NCBI RefSeq assembly: GCF_004010195.1 | Contig: NC_057719.1 | Span: forward strand, 24,107,933-24,171,932 | Direction: 5' to 3' | Source: Chiloscyllium plagiosum | Taxonomy: Eukaryota | Length of the DNA stretch: 64,000 bases | Part shown: piece after piece, positions 63,130 to 64,000 of the stretch | How positions within the stretch are numbered: position 1 is the stretch's first letter | Layout: every line of letters starts with the position of its first letter | The notes under the pieces: model-generated | Database searches by the model: none | Told to the model about the DNA's origin: nothing | Seen by the model: only the letters and a program-made list of their open reading frames with translations | Made by a program: the position numbers and the translations under genes

Positions 63130-64000
63130 TTCACAGGATATCAGCATTGCTGAGTAGAACGGCATTTATTGCCCATCCCTGATTTGTTTCGAAAAGCTGA
63201 CTTCTTGACTTTTGCAGTCCATGAAGACTAAGTATACCCACAATGCTTTGAGGCAGTGAGTTCCAGGAATTCATCCCAGTGACAATTAAGGAAAGGTTAC
63301 TTGGAGGGGAACTTGCAGCTGGGTTCTCACAGGTATATTGCTGCCCTTTCATTTCTTGATGATAGAGGTCAAGGATTGAGAAGGTGATGTCAAAGGATTC
63401 TGAGTGAGTTGTTGCAGTGCAACTTATTGATGACATTCCCTGCTGCCACTGTATGCGGTACTACACGAAGTGAGCATTGAAGATATTACAACGGGTATCA
63501 ATCCAACAGGTGACTGTGTCCTTTGTGGTGCATCCATCCAGGCAACTGAAAAGTAATCCTTCACTCTCCTCAATTGTGCCTTGTGCACAGGTTTTGAGTC
63601 AGGAGGTGTGTTAGATGCTACAGAATTCCCAGTCTCGGGCATGTTCTTGAATTCATTTTATTTATTAACCAGGTCCGCTTTGGTTTATGAGATACTTCCC
63701 CCAGGATGTTGATATTTGAGGATTCAGTAATGTTAACACTATTGAATACCATTGGGTAGTGATCAGATTGTTGGAAAGAGTCGTTACTTGGCACTCGTGT
63801 GGCAAGACTGTTATTTGTCACTATCAATCCAAGCCATTATGTTGTCCAAGTCTTGCTGTATTTGAATGCAGACGGTTTCAGTATCTGAGGAGTGGCAAAC
63901 AATACTGAGCACTGTGCAATGAGCAAACATCCCCATTTCTGATCAGATAGAGGCGATCAATGAATTGGTTGGAGATGTTTGAGCCTTGGACACTAACCTG
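63130..64000 (-). mobile_element. Old LINE 3' region (partner-tail family of the SacSINE1-like SINE)
   Basis: gcatttattgcccatccct tail; SWNSLP remnant in ORF 63131..63436; runs off the window end. Confidence 0.65.

Overview
Eukaryotic (vertebrate) genomic DNA, very probably a shark or other elasmobranch, inferred from HE1-type SINEs and HER1/CR1 LINEs. The window lies inside one large minus-strand gene, PPP4R4 (protein phosphatase 4 regulatory subunit 4, a HEAT-repeat protein). Nine consecutive GT-AG coding exons (about exons 3-11, 1075 nt) splice into one open frame; the flanking exons were not found in the window. The introns are packed with CR1 LINEs, three tRNA-derived SINE families, a Rex1/Babar LINE, two Tigger/pogo-type MITEs, a Harbinger relic and at least four families of Penelope-like element (PLE) sequence. 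The most interesting signals are: (i) a family of short TSD-flanked fold-back insertions, two of which keep intact minimal hammerhead-ribozyme cores, the best a 127-bp-arm hairpin with one core on each strand; (ii) a 1.1-kb insertion with a perfect 15-bp TSD in which PLE ends bracket unrelated, older genomic cargo, suggesting PLE-mediated capture; (iii) a duplicated splice donor at exon ~7 that would create an in-frame stop; (iv) inverted young CR1 pairs that could form dsRNA or drive exon circularisation. All family names and homologies are from recalled knowledge, not database searches; repeat boundaries are approximate unless TSDs or TIRs are quoted.
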